In this document: in pieces, positions 1-12,750 of the stretch
Layout: each line of letters starts with the position of its first letter
Position numbering within the stretch: the first letter of the stretch is position 1
Source: Psammoneis japonica
Taxonomy: Eukaryota
DNA length: 46,679 nt
NCBI GenBank assembly: GCA_008632985.1
Contig: QPGO01000159.1
Span: 124,001 to 170,679 of the forward strand
Reading direction: 5' to 3'
Made by a program: the position numbers and the translations under genes
The notes under the pieces: model-generated
Told to the model about the DNA's origin: nothing
The model's database searches: none
The model's input: only the letters and a program-made list of their open reading frames with translations

Positions 1-1310
1 AAGCGTTTTAGAGTCTTAATTTTCGCTCTTATTTTCTCGTTCCTTTGCCAAGGAACTCGCTTGATAGTTTTTGTGAACTACCTCGTCACTGTGGAGTTCA
101 ATTCCTCTTTCACAGAGGTATTTCTGCTGTCGTCACGCGACCGCGTGCGATTGCTGTTAGAGTATCATATTTTTTTGGGGTCTCTTTCAGAGCCACCCTT
201 GCACTCTTTTGCTCTTTTTCTTGTTCAAGGAACTCGCTTTGAGTATTTTTTTGAACTGCCTGATCAATCATGACGTTCAACTCTTTTTTTGCGAGCGGCA
301 TTTTCGTCATCGCGACGACACGTGCGATTGCCATTTGAACTGCGCCGTTTTGGATCACATTCATAGTGTCCAAGGCGTTCTTTTGCTAGTTCATTTTCAG
401 AATAGCATTAATCCGTGATGTGGGTATTCTTTTTTCAAAGATTGGACCTTTTACTCACTTTGGATTGTTCTGGCACCATATAGGAGACCATTTTTGGAAC
501 CAAATTTGGAACCTTTTTGATTTTGGAATCAACAGCACTATCAGAGCCTGATTTGATATGTTTTTTTATCATAGACGTCCTCGCCGACCTCTGGACGACT
601 CAAACCTCAATCAGCTTGTCAAGGGTATGATCCAATAATCCAATATTTTGGACAGTAGGCTGATGCTGCCATCCTTGCGGTGCGAGTGATAGCTGATATC
701 TCACGGCTCGGTTTCCCGCTAGATTCAACTTAGAATCGATTGAAGGGTCGTATAGACTCTCATCATTGACCTCTTGGGTCGAACAGGCACTCTCTTGCTG
801 CTGAGAGCCTTTAGTTTCTTCAGATCATCTCGAAAAAAATAATTCTGATTCTTAAGTGCAATTCCTCGGAGAACATGAGTTATGAGACACTTGAGGTACT
901 TTTGAACGGTTCCCTCTTGCTCTTTGGACTCGAGGCTCGTTGATTCGGTCTCTAAAAACTCTCCAATAGTCTCTCCTTGCAAAGTAGATGTATTTCTCGG
1001 ATCTGATCGACTCGGGACTTGCATTCTCTGCAACCATGACTTGGTGTAGTTTTTGATAATGCGGTGTACTTGTAGAGTCCTTGATCCTTGGATGCTTGGA
1101 ATAGACCGTATTAGAACGAATCTTGTCATTTGCTAGACGAAAAACAGCGTTCCATCTTGAGGTGCTGCTCGGATTGAGCTTCTTCCGCTCGGAAATCGAT
1201 TCTAGTAGAACTGATGCGATTCGTCCCTGTTTATAGAAGAATTTACAAAGGCACATTAGTTAAAATTTTCATTTTCCGTGCTTTTTACCTTCTGTGGTGT
1301 GTGTGCACAA

Positions 1311-2183
1311 TGCACTGTGCTCGAAGAACGAGTGTAAACGAAAGTAGAACGAAGTTCGAAAAGTGAAAATTACTACAAATTGCTAAACACTTGTCACTTT
1401 TCACGCGTAAAGCACGTTCGATCGCTCCGAAGCGGAAATTTTCCATTCGTTGCTGGTTTGTACCAGAGCCACGTAGAATTCTACAGAGACTCCTTCAGAC
1501 GTGTCACACGCGCCTCTCGCAAAGCAACACGAGACAATGCGTGAAACACCGTCGGCATTTTACGACCATGGCGCCACCCTTCACCGCCCTTTCTTTCACT
1601 CCTATCGTTTAGTATAACCTTACTGAAACATGGTAGAGTGATGAAAAGGGCAGAATCAACAATAATGGGCACTGCCATTGTCGGATACATGCCCGTGTTG
1701 CTTCACCGTGGTTTTTGTCGGAGGTCGGAGCGGGGTGAGTCGGAAAACAGCAAGACGTCGCGCTGTGAATTTCTACGTGGCTCTGGTACAAAATGGCAAC
1801 GAATGGAAATTTTCCCTTCGAAGGCGAACGAAGGCGCTTTACGCGCGAAGAGTCACAAGTGATTAGCAATTTGTAGTATGAGATTAAATTTTACTCTGTG
1901 ATTTTTGGTTTCTCCGAACGAGTTCTCAATGGCCTAAAGCTTCTGTACTGCTTCTACAGACAAAAGGCCTTTCGGAGAATATATTCGTGACAACAGATTG
2001 TCCGGATACGATTGCTATTGACACGTAAGATGTCAACATTGTCAATCGATCGTATTTGCAATTCTCGACATCCGATCAACTCTGTGTGATCGTTCTGTCC
2101 TTTGTACGCATCCACGACTGTGGTACGATTGACATATAAATAATATATAATCATAAATATGTATATAACAGTCGCATGCTGCA
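1311..2183 (-). repeat. 5' LTR of Gypsy A2 copy 1 (TGCA...TGCA), interrupted by MITE-1
   Basis: Matches LTRs at 4675-5047, 16760-17126, 21649-22029, 33417-33795 and 40164-40538 once 1373-1878 is removed. Confidence 0.9.
1373..1876. mobile_element. MITE-1 (504 bp, Tc1/mariner-type TA TSD)
   Basis: ~41-bp imperfect TIRs CTACAAATTGCTAAACACTTGTCAC.../...GTCACAAGTGATTAGCAATTTGTAG. TA at 1371-72 and 1877-78. The empty site GAAAATTATGAGA is seen in the other LTR copies. Confidence 0.93.
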
Positions 2184-5047
2184 GCTCCATATTTTCGGAG
2201 ACTTTTCGTTCCGTACTTGTACTTTTGCCGTTTGACCTTTATTGAGGTGAATTTGGCTAGTATTGTACAGGAGATCGTTGAGACTACATGTCTCGATAGT
2301 AGTAACATATGACGACGAGATGTCGTAGTGTTCTTTACGTTTTTCTCGTGTTGCGATTGCCTGAATCGCCTCCATTTTCTTTGTAATCGAATGCATATCC
2401 TTACGTATGGAAGTCTTGATAGTTTATTTCAAGTTAAGTAGTGAAGGACTTTTTATTGTTAACCTTCTAAGTGACTGTTCTAGTCGTTTGAATGCCGTTT
2501 CAAGTGTTACTTGTACAGGTGACATTTTTGAAGTCACTTTTTGTCAGGTACAGATGATCATATATAGTCGTTCTGACAACTTCAAACCTGTTATGAGTGC
2601 ACTCATGTTTTGTATAAAAACATCTGGGGCTCTATAGATTCTCATTGGAAGTGTAGTAATCATTTTCTCCCCACGGCATGATTTTGGTGCTGGCACAACA
2701 TGTGCTTTTTTATTTGATGTGACAGTGTCCCACATGCAAATCGAATGAGGTTGTATATATGAACCTTCTGTTTCTGAAGTATGTTCTGAATATTTGGTAG
2801 AGGATACGGTGTACATGCTGGCCTCTTATTCAGTTCACGAAAGTTGGACAGAACCCGAGATTCGACCATTTTTCTATTTTTTAAAGGTTGGAGCTGTCCA
2901 TTCAGAATAGTTCATTTTTCTTTAGGACTTTTAGCTTACAGAGCCTTTCGATCTCCTTACGAGTTGCCCCCAAGGCTTGTGGAAAAAGGAAACCTTTCGC
3001 CTGATACGGTTTCAAGCCAGATTTCACTGCGAGGTTTTCCGGTCCACTTGCCTAGAGAACCATTGAAAAGAGATTTAAATCTTTTCAAAGGGAAGATCAA
3101 TTGCTTCTGCTCCTCTGAAGTCAGATAAGTTGCCGCAGCTGTCACATTATTGAGATTAGCAGTGTGACAATGTGAGTCAAGGACCATTGGTTCCATTGTT
3201 AACTCTGTTCACGGCGTCATATTTTTCAATGTGATCGGCATTGAGCTGGAAACATTGGTTTCCCAAGTTTTTGGTGGCGGATTCTTGTGTTCTCAACTTT
3301 TGCACGAATTTGTGCAAAATTATGGTTGACGATGTTCCGCTGTCGACAGGAACACGTAGATTCTTATTTTTCTCCTTCCCCAAAGAAGCATTCATATGAA
3401 TGATGACTCCTGGACTAGCATGAATTATTTTTCTAGGCTTCCTAATATCCAGTAGAGCATATAATTCGTGAATAGACCAAAATTGTCCTTCGGATTCAAT
3501 CTGGATCATCCGATCAAATTGGTAATTTTCTTCACTGAGGGTATCAGAATTTGATTCTTTGCCCTTATGCTCTTTTTCTTTGTTCGAGGAACTCGCTTTG
3601 AGTTTTTTTTTGAACCGCCTGATCAATTATGACATTCAACTCTTTTTTGCGAGCGGCATTTTCGTTATCGCGACGCGACCACGTGCGATTGCCATTTGAA
3701 CGGCGCATTTTGGGTCTCTTTCAGAGTCACCCTTGCACTCTTTTGCTAGTTCATTTTTAGAATAGCTTCAATCCGTGATGTAGGTGTTCTTTTTTCAAAG
3801 AATGCACCTTTTGTTCACTTTGGATTATTCAGGTACCATGTAGGAGACCATTTTTGGAACCAAATTTGGAACCATTTTGGTTTTGGAATCAACTTTGCTG
3901 TCAGTGCCTGATTTGATATATTTTTTTGTCATGGACGTCTTCAACAACCTTTAGATGACTCAAAACTTAATCAGCTCATCAAGGATGAGTTGCAATAGTT
4001 GATTGTTTTGGACAGTAGACTGATGCTGCCATCCTTGCGGTGCGAGTGAAAGCTGATAGCTCACGGCTCGGTTTCCCGCTAGATTCAACTTAGAATCGAT
4101 TGAAGGGTCGTGTAGACGCTCTTCATTGACCTCTTGGGTCCAACAGGCACTCTCGTGCTGCTGAGTGCCTTTGGTTTCTTCAGATTGTCTCGAAAATAAT
4201 AATTCTGATTCTGAAGTGCAATTCCTGGAAAGACATGAGATAAGAGACTCTTGAGGTACTTTCCAACGGTTCCTTCTTGCTCTTTGGACTCGAGGCTTGT
4301 CGATTCGGTCTCTAAAAACTCTGCAATAGTCTCTCCTTGCATGCCAGATGTATTTCTTGGACCTGATTGACTCAAGCCTTGAAATTCTACCCAACCATGA
4401 CTTGGTGTGGATATTTCGATAATGCTGTGCACTTGTAGAGTCCTTGGTCCTGAGGTGCTTGAAATGGATCTCGTATTAGAACGAATCCTCTTGTCTTATA
4501 GACGAAAAACAGTGTTCCATCTTGAGGTGTTGCTCGAATTGAGCTGCTTCCGCTTGGAAATCGATTCCAGCAGAACCAATGCATTTCATACCTGCTCATG
4601 GAAGAATTTACAAAGGCACATTAGTTAAAATTTTCATTTTCCGTGTTTTTACCTTCTGTGGTGTGTATACACAATGCACTATGCTGGAAGAACGAGTATA
4701 AACGAAAGTAGAATCAAGTATGAAAAGTGAAAATTATGAGATTAAATTTTACTCTGTGATTTTTGGTTTCTCCGAACGAGTTCTCAATGGCCTAAAGCTT
4801 CTGTACTGCTTCTACAGACAAAGGGCCTTTCGGAGAATATATTCGTGACAACAGATTGTCCGGATACGATTGCCATTGACACGTAAGATGTCAACTTCGT
4901 CAATCGATCGTATTTGCAATTTTCGACATCCGATCAATTCTGTGTGATCGTTCTGTCCTTTGCACGCATCCACGACTGTGGTACGATTGACATATAAATA
5001 ATATATAATTATAAATATGTGTGTAACAGTCGCGTGCCGGTGCTGCA
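2184..5047 (-). mobile_element. Gypsy family A2 copy 2: degenerate gag-PR-RT with 5' LTR at 4675-5047
   Basis: Remnants VDSGTSSTIIL (protease), GSLGKWTGKP, LSNFRELNKR, APDVFIQNMSAL and MEAIQAIAT (RT) are collinear with A1. The internal protease-RT segment is deleted and there are many frameshifts. Confidence 0.88.
4675..5047 (-). repeat. 5' LTR of Gypsy A2 copy 2
   Basis: Near-identical to 1311-2183 without the MITE. Adjacent 12-bp palindrome TGTGTATACACA at 4662-4673. Confidence 0.9.
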
Positions 5048-7355
5048 TCTTGTTGCTTGTGGGATGGACGAACGAGTCACCAACGATAACGTACGCGACA
5101 CACTGCGAACTATGAACCGGTCAGGGATAGTGGCTGGTAAAACAGAAGGAAAGCATCACTACTTTTGCCTGGATCCATTGACAGCACAGTGCCCAAAAGA
5201 TCAGCTTAACAACCCAAAGGCAGTTGCCTCCCCATGGATTTCTCTGGACACACTCGACACGGGCAAATCGATAGTCAAAGAGCTCGACAAAGTAAACGTT
5301 TCAAAAAAGTTGCCGCCGCATTGAAGGATAAAGACAAGGATGGTGAGGCTGCATTGAAGGATAAAGACGAGGATGGTGAGGCACTTCCTGTAGATTTTGT
5401 GTCAAAGATGGCTCGCACGCACAGGACAATTGACAATTACAAGCTTGGTGCCTTGATTGAATGGTGTTTCAACCATCACAAGCACTGTACAAAGCCACTT
5501 CTTTCCTCCACGATACATTTGGAAAGCAGCAAAAAGATCGGCTTTGCAGGTGTAGACACTTGTGCATGCACCTCATGCAATGCCAAGCATGAATTCAAAA
5601 CGTGTCGCGACGTGAAGACTCCGATTGTATCAAAAGGAAAGAAATTCTCGTGAACTCAGCCAATCTTGAATGTTTTGTTCCCAGCTTTGCTTGAGTTTGT
5701 AGGAGTCAATGAAACGCAAGCTATGGAAATTGGTGGTGAAGGTGACATACAATCACCTGCTAGCAGCTCACTCATTGAGCAGATGATGAAAATTTGCAAG
5801 GGGATTCTGCATCAGATGCAAGACAAGATATTGTCAAATCGCAGGCAGGTCATTAAATCTCTTCATTCGTCAGCAACCTTTGATCCAGAAATGAATCAAG
5901 TCACCTGGAAAGGTGCGGATGGTGTTGTGCATCACACTACAAAGGTCGAAGCAATGATGGACACGGCGGGGCCAACGAGAGAGTGTGGAAACAGGTTGAC
6001 TGGCACTCAAAGTGCAGCCTGTGTCATTGAGACTAGTCACCAGATTCCTGTGGCTGTCAAAGTGTCATGAACTGCATGCATGAAATGCACTTGTGCAATT
6101 CATAAAGCCATGAAAGATGGAGAGGCCAATCCAATGCTATTTGTCGGCAAACATGATGGGGAGTGTACGTCTAATTCCATGAATGGTCCAGCCGTTGCTG
6201 AGGAATTCATGTTGGAAGAGATAGGACGTGATCTCTTACTTGATGCCGCTGGAAAGTACCGTGGTGATGACTTGGCACTGTTTGTTGAAACACCCACAAA
6301 TGACGGTGATTCAAAGGGAGCAAACCGTCTCTGCCAGGCTCAGTGTGACATAGTTGGTGACGCTGTGAATGACCAGTCAGAGAACGTTCCATGTGTCATG
6401 CACATTGGTAAGAACTTTAACAAATCACTTTATATGATGCACAAAAAGGACAGTAGCTTTCAAGGGAATGGAGGGTTAGAGAATGGGAGAATATCGGCAA
6501 TTGGATGGGACATAAAGCAATGTCTCAAGGACTTGAACAAGATAACTTATAAAGTGGACAAGGTGCCAACTGAGGCACAAGTGATTGATGCGGAATGACA
6601 AATCCTCAATGTGTTGCCACATCATTGTGGAGATCACTCGGCATGTGCAAATCCTGACCGTTGTTCCTATGTGAGAATCAAGCTTGAAAAGGGATACGAT
6701 TTGAAGGAGAAGTTGTCAGTCGCACAGCATCGGGCCTTGTTGGAGGAAATGTATGAAAAGAAGTATTGCCGTTTTGAGTGCGACTTGCAGCTGAACAAGC
6801 AAGGGCTGATCAAATGCCTTCATGAGGTTACGATACGATACAACAAAAACAGCATCCCAAAACTTGCAAAGATGAAAAACACATGTCAGGTTGAGTCCCT
6901 TTCAGCACAGGTGGTGAAGTGCTCACAAGGGAAACGACTCAACCAGAATTACTTGGAGTTGTGGGAGTCTGCGGTTGGAATTGCAGCACTCAGTAAATCA
7001 GACCCAAGTGGCTACATTTGGAAAGTCTTTCAGGAAGAGCTGGGAATTTCAGAGTCGCCACAACAGGCCATGTGCCATGAAAGGAAAGATCACTTGCGAG
7101 AATGTAAGCGAGTCAACAAAAATACGGAGGGTTCTCAAGCCACAAAATGTCAGTGGAAAAAGGAAGCCAAAAGAAGAGTACAAGCACAAGCCAGAAAAGG
7201 TAGCTCCAGGGAAGGATGACAAATTGGTGAATATGAGAAAGAAGAAACCACCACACCCATGTGCAAACTGCGGAGAAGTGGGTCACACCGCCAGCAAGTG
7301 TAACATGCCGTCGATGCGACGCGAAGATCTCATCACTGAAAGTGTGTGGCTATGA
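5048..7355 (+). pseudogene. DDE DNA transposase pseudogene (Kolobok / 'Mutator-like transposase' type) with C-terminal CCHC knuckle
   Basis: ORFs 5234, 5666, 6080 and 6611 share one frame, split by TGA stops consistent with CGA->TGA. Motifs MMDTAG..R, CMKC, HDGECTSN, NDGDSK, CVMHIGK, HHCGDHSAC, TCQVES, then CANCGEVGHTASKC after a frameshift. The N-terminus is cut by the Gypsy A2 insertion. Confidence 0.72.
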
Positions 7356-7730
7356 GATGTGTCCAACTTGTTCTAAGTAATGACAGTAATGATAATCTTG
7401 TTCTGACAGTGTGCGGCTACAAGATGGCACCAACTTGCTCTAAATGACAACAATCTTTGTAATTGTGTTCAGTGGAGTAGTTGTGTGGCATTTCAGGATC
7501 GTTCGGGTCCATCGTTCGAACTGATGATCTCATCACTGACATGGTGTGGGGCTATGAGATGACTACAATGAGACGACTCCCCACACAATCTTGTTTAGTG
7601 GAGCAGTCGTATGGCATTTCGGGATTGATCTGTTCCATCATTTGAACTGACGTGTTTTAAATGTTTAATCCATTTAATCTTGTTCAGTGGAGTGTGGCAT
7701 TTGGGGATCGTTCGGATGCATCATTCGAAT
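7320..7730 (+). repeat. Short degenerate direct repeats downstream of the transposase
   Basis: GATCTCATCACTGA...GGCTATGAGATG at ~7326 and ~7526; TGTTCAGTGGAG...TGGCATTT..GGAT at ~7466, ~7592 and ~7681. Confidence 0.6.
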
Positions 7731-7924
7731 TACGCACAAGAGACAATCTGGCAAGTCCTTCCGATTACCGGCACCCCCCTAACAAAGTACATGTTGGTCG
7801 CAAACCAGTAGAACAAAAGATTTCGCTTTTTGGAATTTGTCATATCCGAAACCTCTTGGTCAACAAAACAGCATTGAACATTCACGACCGTACACTTCAG
7901 GTTTTTCGCAAATGCCAACGACAG

Positions 7925-9370
7925 TGAAACAAGACCATTGTTTTGATTTTCTCTGCATTGCCTTTGTTTTTTTTTGTCTGACACTTGCCATTTCTCCTCT
8001 TGCCTGCTGTAGCTAGGTGCAGAGCAGTTTAACCAATTTTAAAATGCAACAATCAATGACACTAGTGCAGTTCCAGTGGTCGTGACACCGGTGCACGCCG
8101 TGAGATGCTCAAGCATTTGCAACATTGTTTTGATTTTCACTTTGTTTTTTTGTTGTTTGAGACTTATTATTGTTCCTCTTGCCTGCTACAGTTCTGTTGC
8201 TGAGCAATTCAAGACATTGAAATGGAGAAATCAAAAACACTGTTGGAATCCATTGGTCGGGATGCCAGTGCACGCCATGCGATGCTCAAGGTATGTGCGG
8301 CATTATGTTGATTTTTCACTTCATTTCTTTGTTGTCTGAGATTTATTACTTTTCCTCTTGCCTGCTGTAGTTCAGTTGCTGAGCAATTCAAGATGTTGAA
8401 ATGGAGGAATCAAAAATGCCAGTAGAACACGATTGATCGGGATGCCTGCACACACCGTGCAACACTCAAGGCATGTACGGCATTTTTTGATTCTCCCTTT
8501 TTTCCTTTGTTATCCGAGGCTTGCTGTTCATCCTCTTGCCTGCTGGCTCTGGTGATGATCAATTCAAGACATTAAAATGGAAGAATAAAAAATAGCAGTG
8601 GAATGCTGTTGGTTGGGATGCCGGTGCACGCCGATGCCACTGTGCGATGCTCCAGGTTTGTGCCACATTATTGTGATTCTCCCTTTGTTTGTTTGTTGTC
8701 TAAGACTTAACATTTCTGCTCTTGCTTTCTGTGGTTCAGATGCTGAGTAATTCAAGATATTTAAATGCAAGAATCAAAATGCCAGTGGAACACCAGTGGT
8801 CGGAATGCCACTACACGCCGATGCCACTGTGCGACAGAAGGCATGTGCCAACATTATTTTGATTCTCTCTGCATTCCCTTTCTTTCTTTTTTGTCTGAGA
8901 CTTACCATTTCTCCTCTTTCCTATTGTAGTTCAGATGCTGAGCAATTCAACTCATTGAAATGCAACAATAAAAAATGCCAGTGGTCGGGATGCACAGCGA
9001 CACGACTTCAAGATTACCACACTATCGAACGCAACAATCAAATTGGCTGAATGTGAGCTTTCCTGTCATTTTGTTACATGCAGTTGTTTGTGTTGACATT
9101 CTTGAGCTGACAAATGTTCTGAATGCTTCATAGCATTTTGATAAGTCTTTTCAAAGAATGAAGACGTCAATCCCATCTGTGGTGCTCAAGGCGTGTGCAG
9201 CTACATTATTTTTACTCTCTCCATTCCCTTTATTTCTGTAGTGTCTAAAACTTACAACTGGTGCTCTTGAGAGTTACTACTTCTCATCTTTCATGGTTGA
9301 AATGCAAACATTAATCATGCCAGTGGTCGGGAGGCCTCACGATGCTCTTGTGCGCAACAATCAAAAATTC
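7925..9370 (+). repeat. Degenerate tandem array with a ~180-bp unit, about 7 copies
   Basis: Marker CCTCTTGCCTGCT and variants near 7996, 8175, 8354, 8532, 8718, 8912 and 9263. GAGCAATTCAAGA..TTGAAATG and GTGGTCGGGATG recur in phase. Confidence 0.88.
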
Positions 9371-10976
9371 TGGTGATGGGGATGAAGATGGTGAATCAAC
9401 AGAATGTGAGTGTTGCCATCATTTTATTGCCACATAGAGGTGTTTCAAGTGTTGTTGGTCTTGAGCTGACAATGTTCTACTCCACTGTCACTGCCGTCTC
9501 CCTCTTTTCCTCGGCCTCCACCATGGTCACCTGTAAAAAACACACTTCTGTTGCATCATCACCATCCACACCAGCGACCATCAAGCCCGGAATGCTCAAT
9601 GGTGAGGATCCTACTTCTACCTTTTCAGCCGCACCTAATTGCTGTTGATGCTGTAAACTTGATGGCATGATGAGAAACCAATGTTTGTTGTTCCATTGGT
9701 GCATTCTGTTGCTCTTGTGGCAACAAGCTCACGTGAGTTGCCTTTTTTGTTGTGAGTTGCAGCACAGCACCGCACAGCTTCTACGGGTGCAAAGGGCGCA
9801 TAAAAACCCGGGAAAATTCCCTGAGCACCCCAGGCGTCACGCCCCTTTACGTGTTGGAGGCAGTGACGCCACAACTGTTCGAACCATTGCAACTGTTGAT
9901 TGATCTATCAACGATCATGATAAAGGGGAAACAGTGGACGTGCATCTTAGTGATCAAATAAATTTGACAACAGCTCAACGGCCTTCGCCAAAGTGAAAAA
10001 CGCGTGTCACACCCGGGTTTTTTGCGTGCCCTCACTGAAAACTTCAGTCCCGGAATAACATACATCGAGGGCAAGGCGAATGTTGTGGAGACGCGATCAG
10101 CCGACTACTATAAAAAACTGAATCCTACGACAATGTCCTACCTTTAAAACAGGATAAAGACATTCCCTCCAAATTGTCAGACGTGACATGTCATACGAAG
10201 ACTTCTCGTGGAGGCGAGTGAGATCAAAAAATGCTCGCACTCATGTCACGAGAGGATAAAATCGTCTTACATAAGGACAGTTAGAAAAAATCTGCAACAG
10301 ATTGGCACACGATTAGCATCCACTTCACAATGGCAAAAAAAGACAATCTCACAACACCCGTGCAGTTGTAATGTACTGTACAATGTACGAGACAAGACAT
10401 AAATAATGTTGTCATGTCGACACACAAGATGTGCCAAAGATTCAGAAACAAAACACACAACATTAAAGAAAAATGGGCATTTATCCACTTAGTGCATGAA
10501 AACAGTGCCTTTGGAATGACAAATGACACCGGTTTGTCGAAAAAAAAAAAGTCCAAATAACAATTAAAATCCAAAGAAAAAGATGCTTTAAATAATTATA
10601 ACCATCACAGGATTATCAAAACGAAATGGTTAAAAAAATATCCTTGACCATCGTCAATCACTTATGAAACGTCGAAGTGCAGCAGAGCAACATGGCACAT
10701 AAAGCAAGCCCACCAGAACTACATGAAATCCACAAGTAAGTAAGTGAACGCCTTAATTAAAGAGCGTATACATTAAGCACTGGGCAAGATGCTATGTACA
10801 ATCGATGCCATGAAAGACACAGCAGGACAATTGGTCCTTGTGTCCATGTGAACAAAATAATGTCAAAGAGAATGCTCAACGCAACACTATATACACACAT
10901 GTGGAGCGTAAGACAAACAATAACACTCTCGAAAGACATTTGAAAATCGCAATCGGAACGGCCCTACACTGGCCTA

Positions 10977-11161
10977 TGAATGAGATAGGCACATGTGCTC
11001 TATGACCGAGTGTGCCCTCTCTGATAAATGTACATTAACTAACGCATTAGATATTCAAGAGGCCGTTAGAAGTCAGTTCTGATCAGCGATTGCGCTGATC
11101 GGGTCTCTTCTCGGTTCTCTCACAACCTGTTTTATCAAGTCATCTCAAGCTAGATCTTGCA
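10977..11161 (+). repeat. Gypsy B 5' LTR (185 bp)
   Basis: Direct repeat of 16444-16630. Confidence 0.95.
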
Positions 11162-11215
11162 CTGTAATTACAGTCATTGCCACAGCTTGCTCACTGTGTT
11201 GTCTATTTCATAACA

Positions 11216-11467
11216 ATGCGCAGAGCACTGTTGAAAAGAGAAAAAGCTTATTTACGTGCTCGTGCAGAAACTTTCATTAGAAATCAATCGGAACCTCAGC
11301 ACAATTACACTCGTGAAATTGGTGATTCGGAGCAGCGTTTGTTTGAACTCGAAGCTCGTGTTACTACGCTTGAACTTGTCATTGTTTGGTTATTGATTGT
11401 TCTTGTTGTGTGGATCAATTGGGGGAACATGTTGTTTCATTTGTTGTGTGGACCATTGATTCTTTGA
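11216..11467 (+). CDS. Small upstream ORF (83 aa) in the Gypsy B leader: heptad-like segment plus hydrophobic helix; function unknown
   Basis: ACAATG start; EQRLFELEARVTTLE followed by LVIVWLLIVLVVWINWG. Lies between the PBS position and gag. Confidence 0.4.
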   Translation: MRRALLKREKAYLRARAETFIRNQSEPQHNYTREIGDSEQRLFELEARVTTLELVIVWLLIVLVVWINWGNMLFHLLCGPLIL

Positions 11468-11560
11468 TCACTGAAATTGTTCATCGTCATGCATCAAGAA
11501 GCCTTGGAGAAAGCATGCATTGAGTGTAAAACCAAATTTTTGGATTCTGAATTGTAGGAA

Positions 11561-12750
11561 GTGAAGCTTACTCAAACTTTTGACGATGGAACTAAACTGT
11601 CAAAGATGTGTCCCATTTTTACAGGAGAACACGGAGTTGAATTGCCATTGCATGTGGAGGACCGTTTTTGGAAGGTAGCAAGACAGTTGGGTTATGACAC
11701 CGGAACGGAACTCTTTGATGCCTTTGAGGATTGCTTACAAGGTGCTGCGGAGGCAAAATGGCAGTATATCACGGCAGGCATTCCACAGAATCAAAGGATG
11801 GTAGCTCGGTTCAATCAAGCTATCACAGACTGCTGTCTATGTTATGTGAAGCCGACAGCTCGTGATACGATGAAGATGCACTTGCCTACTTGCAAGAAAC
11901 CTTACTCCGCGGAATCTGCAACACACATTGATCATGGAAACTTTATTTCATTACGCTAACCGCTTGCCTGGAACTGTCCCTGAACTCACAGAGCAGGAAC
12001 AGAAAAATGTTATCTTCTACACTTTTTCCTTTGACGTGGCAGCAGTCCTACATTCGTGCGGGCAAGAATCTTGTTACAGATTCAATGGTGGATGTTCAAG
12101 CCTGCATGAGTATCGAATGGGTGTTTGCCAATGGTCAGGATAATAAGAAACGCAAGTCCAACAATGGCAATGGAGGGAACTCCAGCAACAAGAAGGGCAA
12201 CCGTGACAAGAAGGACAGTAAGGGTCAACCCAAGGCTGGTGATCTGTGTCCGGTCCCGTGGCATCACGGAAGACATACGTGGGGCCAGTGTTATGACAAT
12301 CCAAACAACCCTAACTATCATGGGCCTCAAAACCGCGGCATTCAAGGTGGAGGTTGTGGCGGTGGAGATCGAGGCAGAGGTCACTTCCAAGGAGGCCGTG
12401 GTCCTGGTCATGGTGGCGGTGGACGCTTTGGCGGTCATGGTAACCAAAACCAAGGAGGTCGCGGTACCTGTTATAATAATTACAACAACAACAACAACAA
12501 CAATGGGAATCAAAATAACAGTGGCAACCAAGGTGGTGGTGGCCAACATTATTACAATGACAACAACAATCGTGATGGCCAAGGTCAGGCCGACGGTTAT
12601 GCTGCTCAAGCAGATAATATGAATGACAACCAGGCTCAAGAAGCTCCTCGTGGTGATGTACACCATTTCGATATGATCGGACAAGGCCCTCCACATTGTC
12701 GAGGTGTGGTGAGGTTTCAGCCAGATGGGCAGTTTCCTCGGCAGTTCTGA
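11561..12750 (+). pseudogene. gag: Gypsy B gag (frameshifted)
   Basis: Overlapping ORFs 11561, 11928 and 12007. Zn-knuckle-like CPVPWHHGRHTWGQC and RGG/N-rich tail. Start approximate. Confidence 0.8.

Larger units (their letters stand above)
1..2183 (-). mobile_element. Gypsy family A2 copy 1: degenerate gag remnant plus 5' LTR; 3' part lies outside the window
   Basis: Sequence 230-1310 parallels 3590-4674 and the A1 gag (e.g. LKKPKA/LKKPES, WQHQSTVQ/WQRQSTVQ). LTR at 1311-2183. Directly abuts degenerate RT-RNaseH connection sequence of copy 2, so it is inserted into copy 2. Confidence 0.85.

Noticed and set aside
1954..2190. Recurrent small ORF (NRTTVVDAYKGQNDHTELIG...), also at 4812, 16741 and 40216
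   Set aside because: It recurs only because it lies within the family-A LTR. Starts are inconsistent and there is no evidence of coding.
7925..9370. CRISPR array
   Set aside because: Whole ~180-bp units are homologous, with no unique spacers and no cas genes, in a eukaryotic TE context.
9373..9790. Host gene fragment
   Set aside because: Only short ORFs with no recognisable motif.
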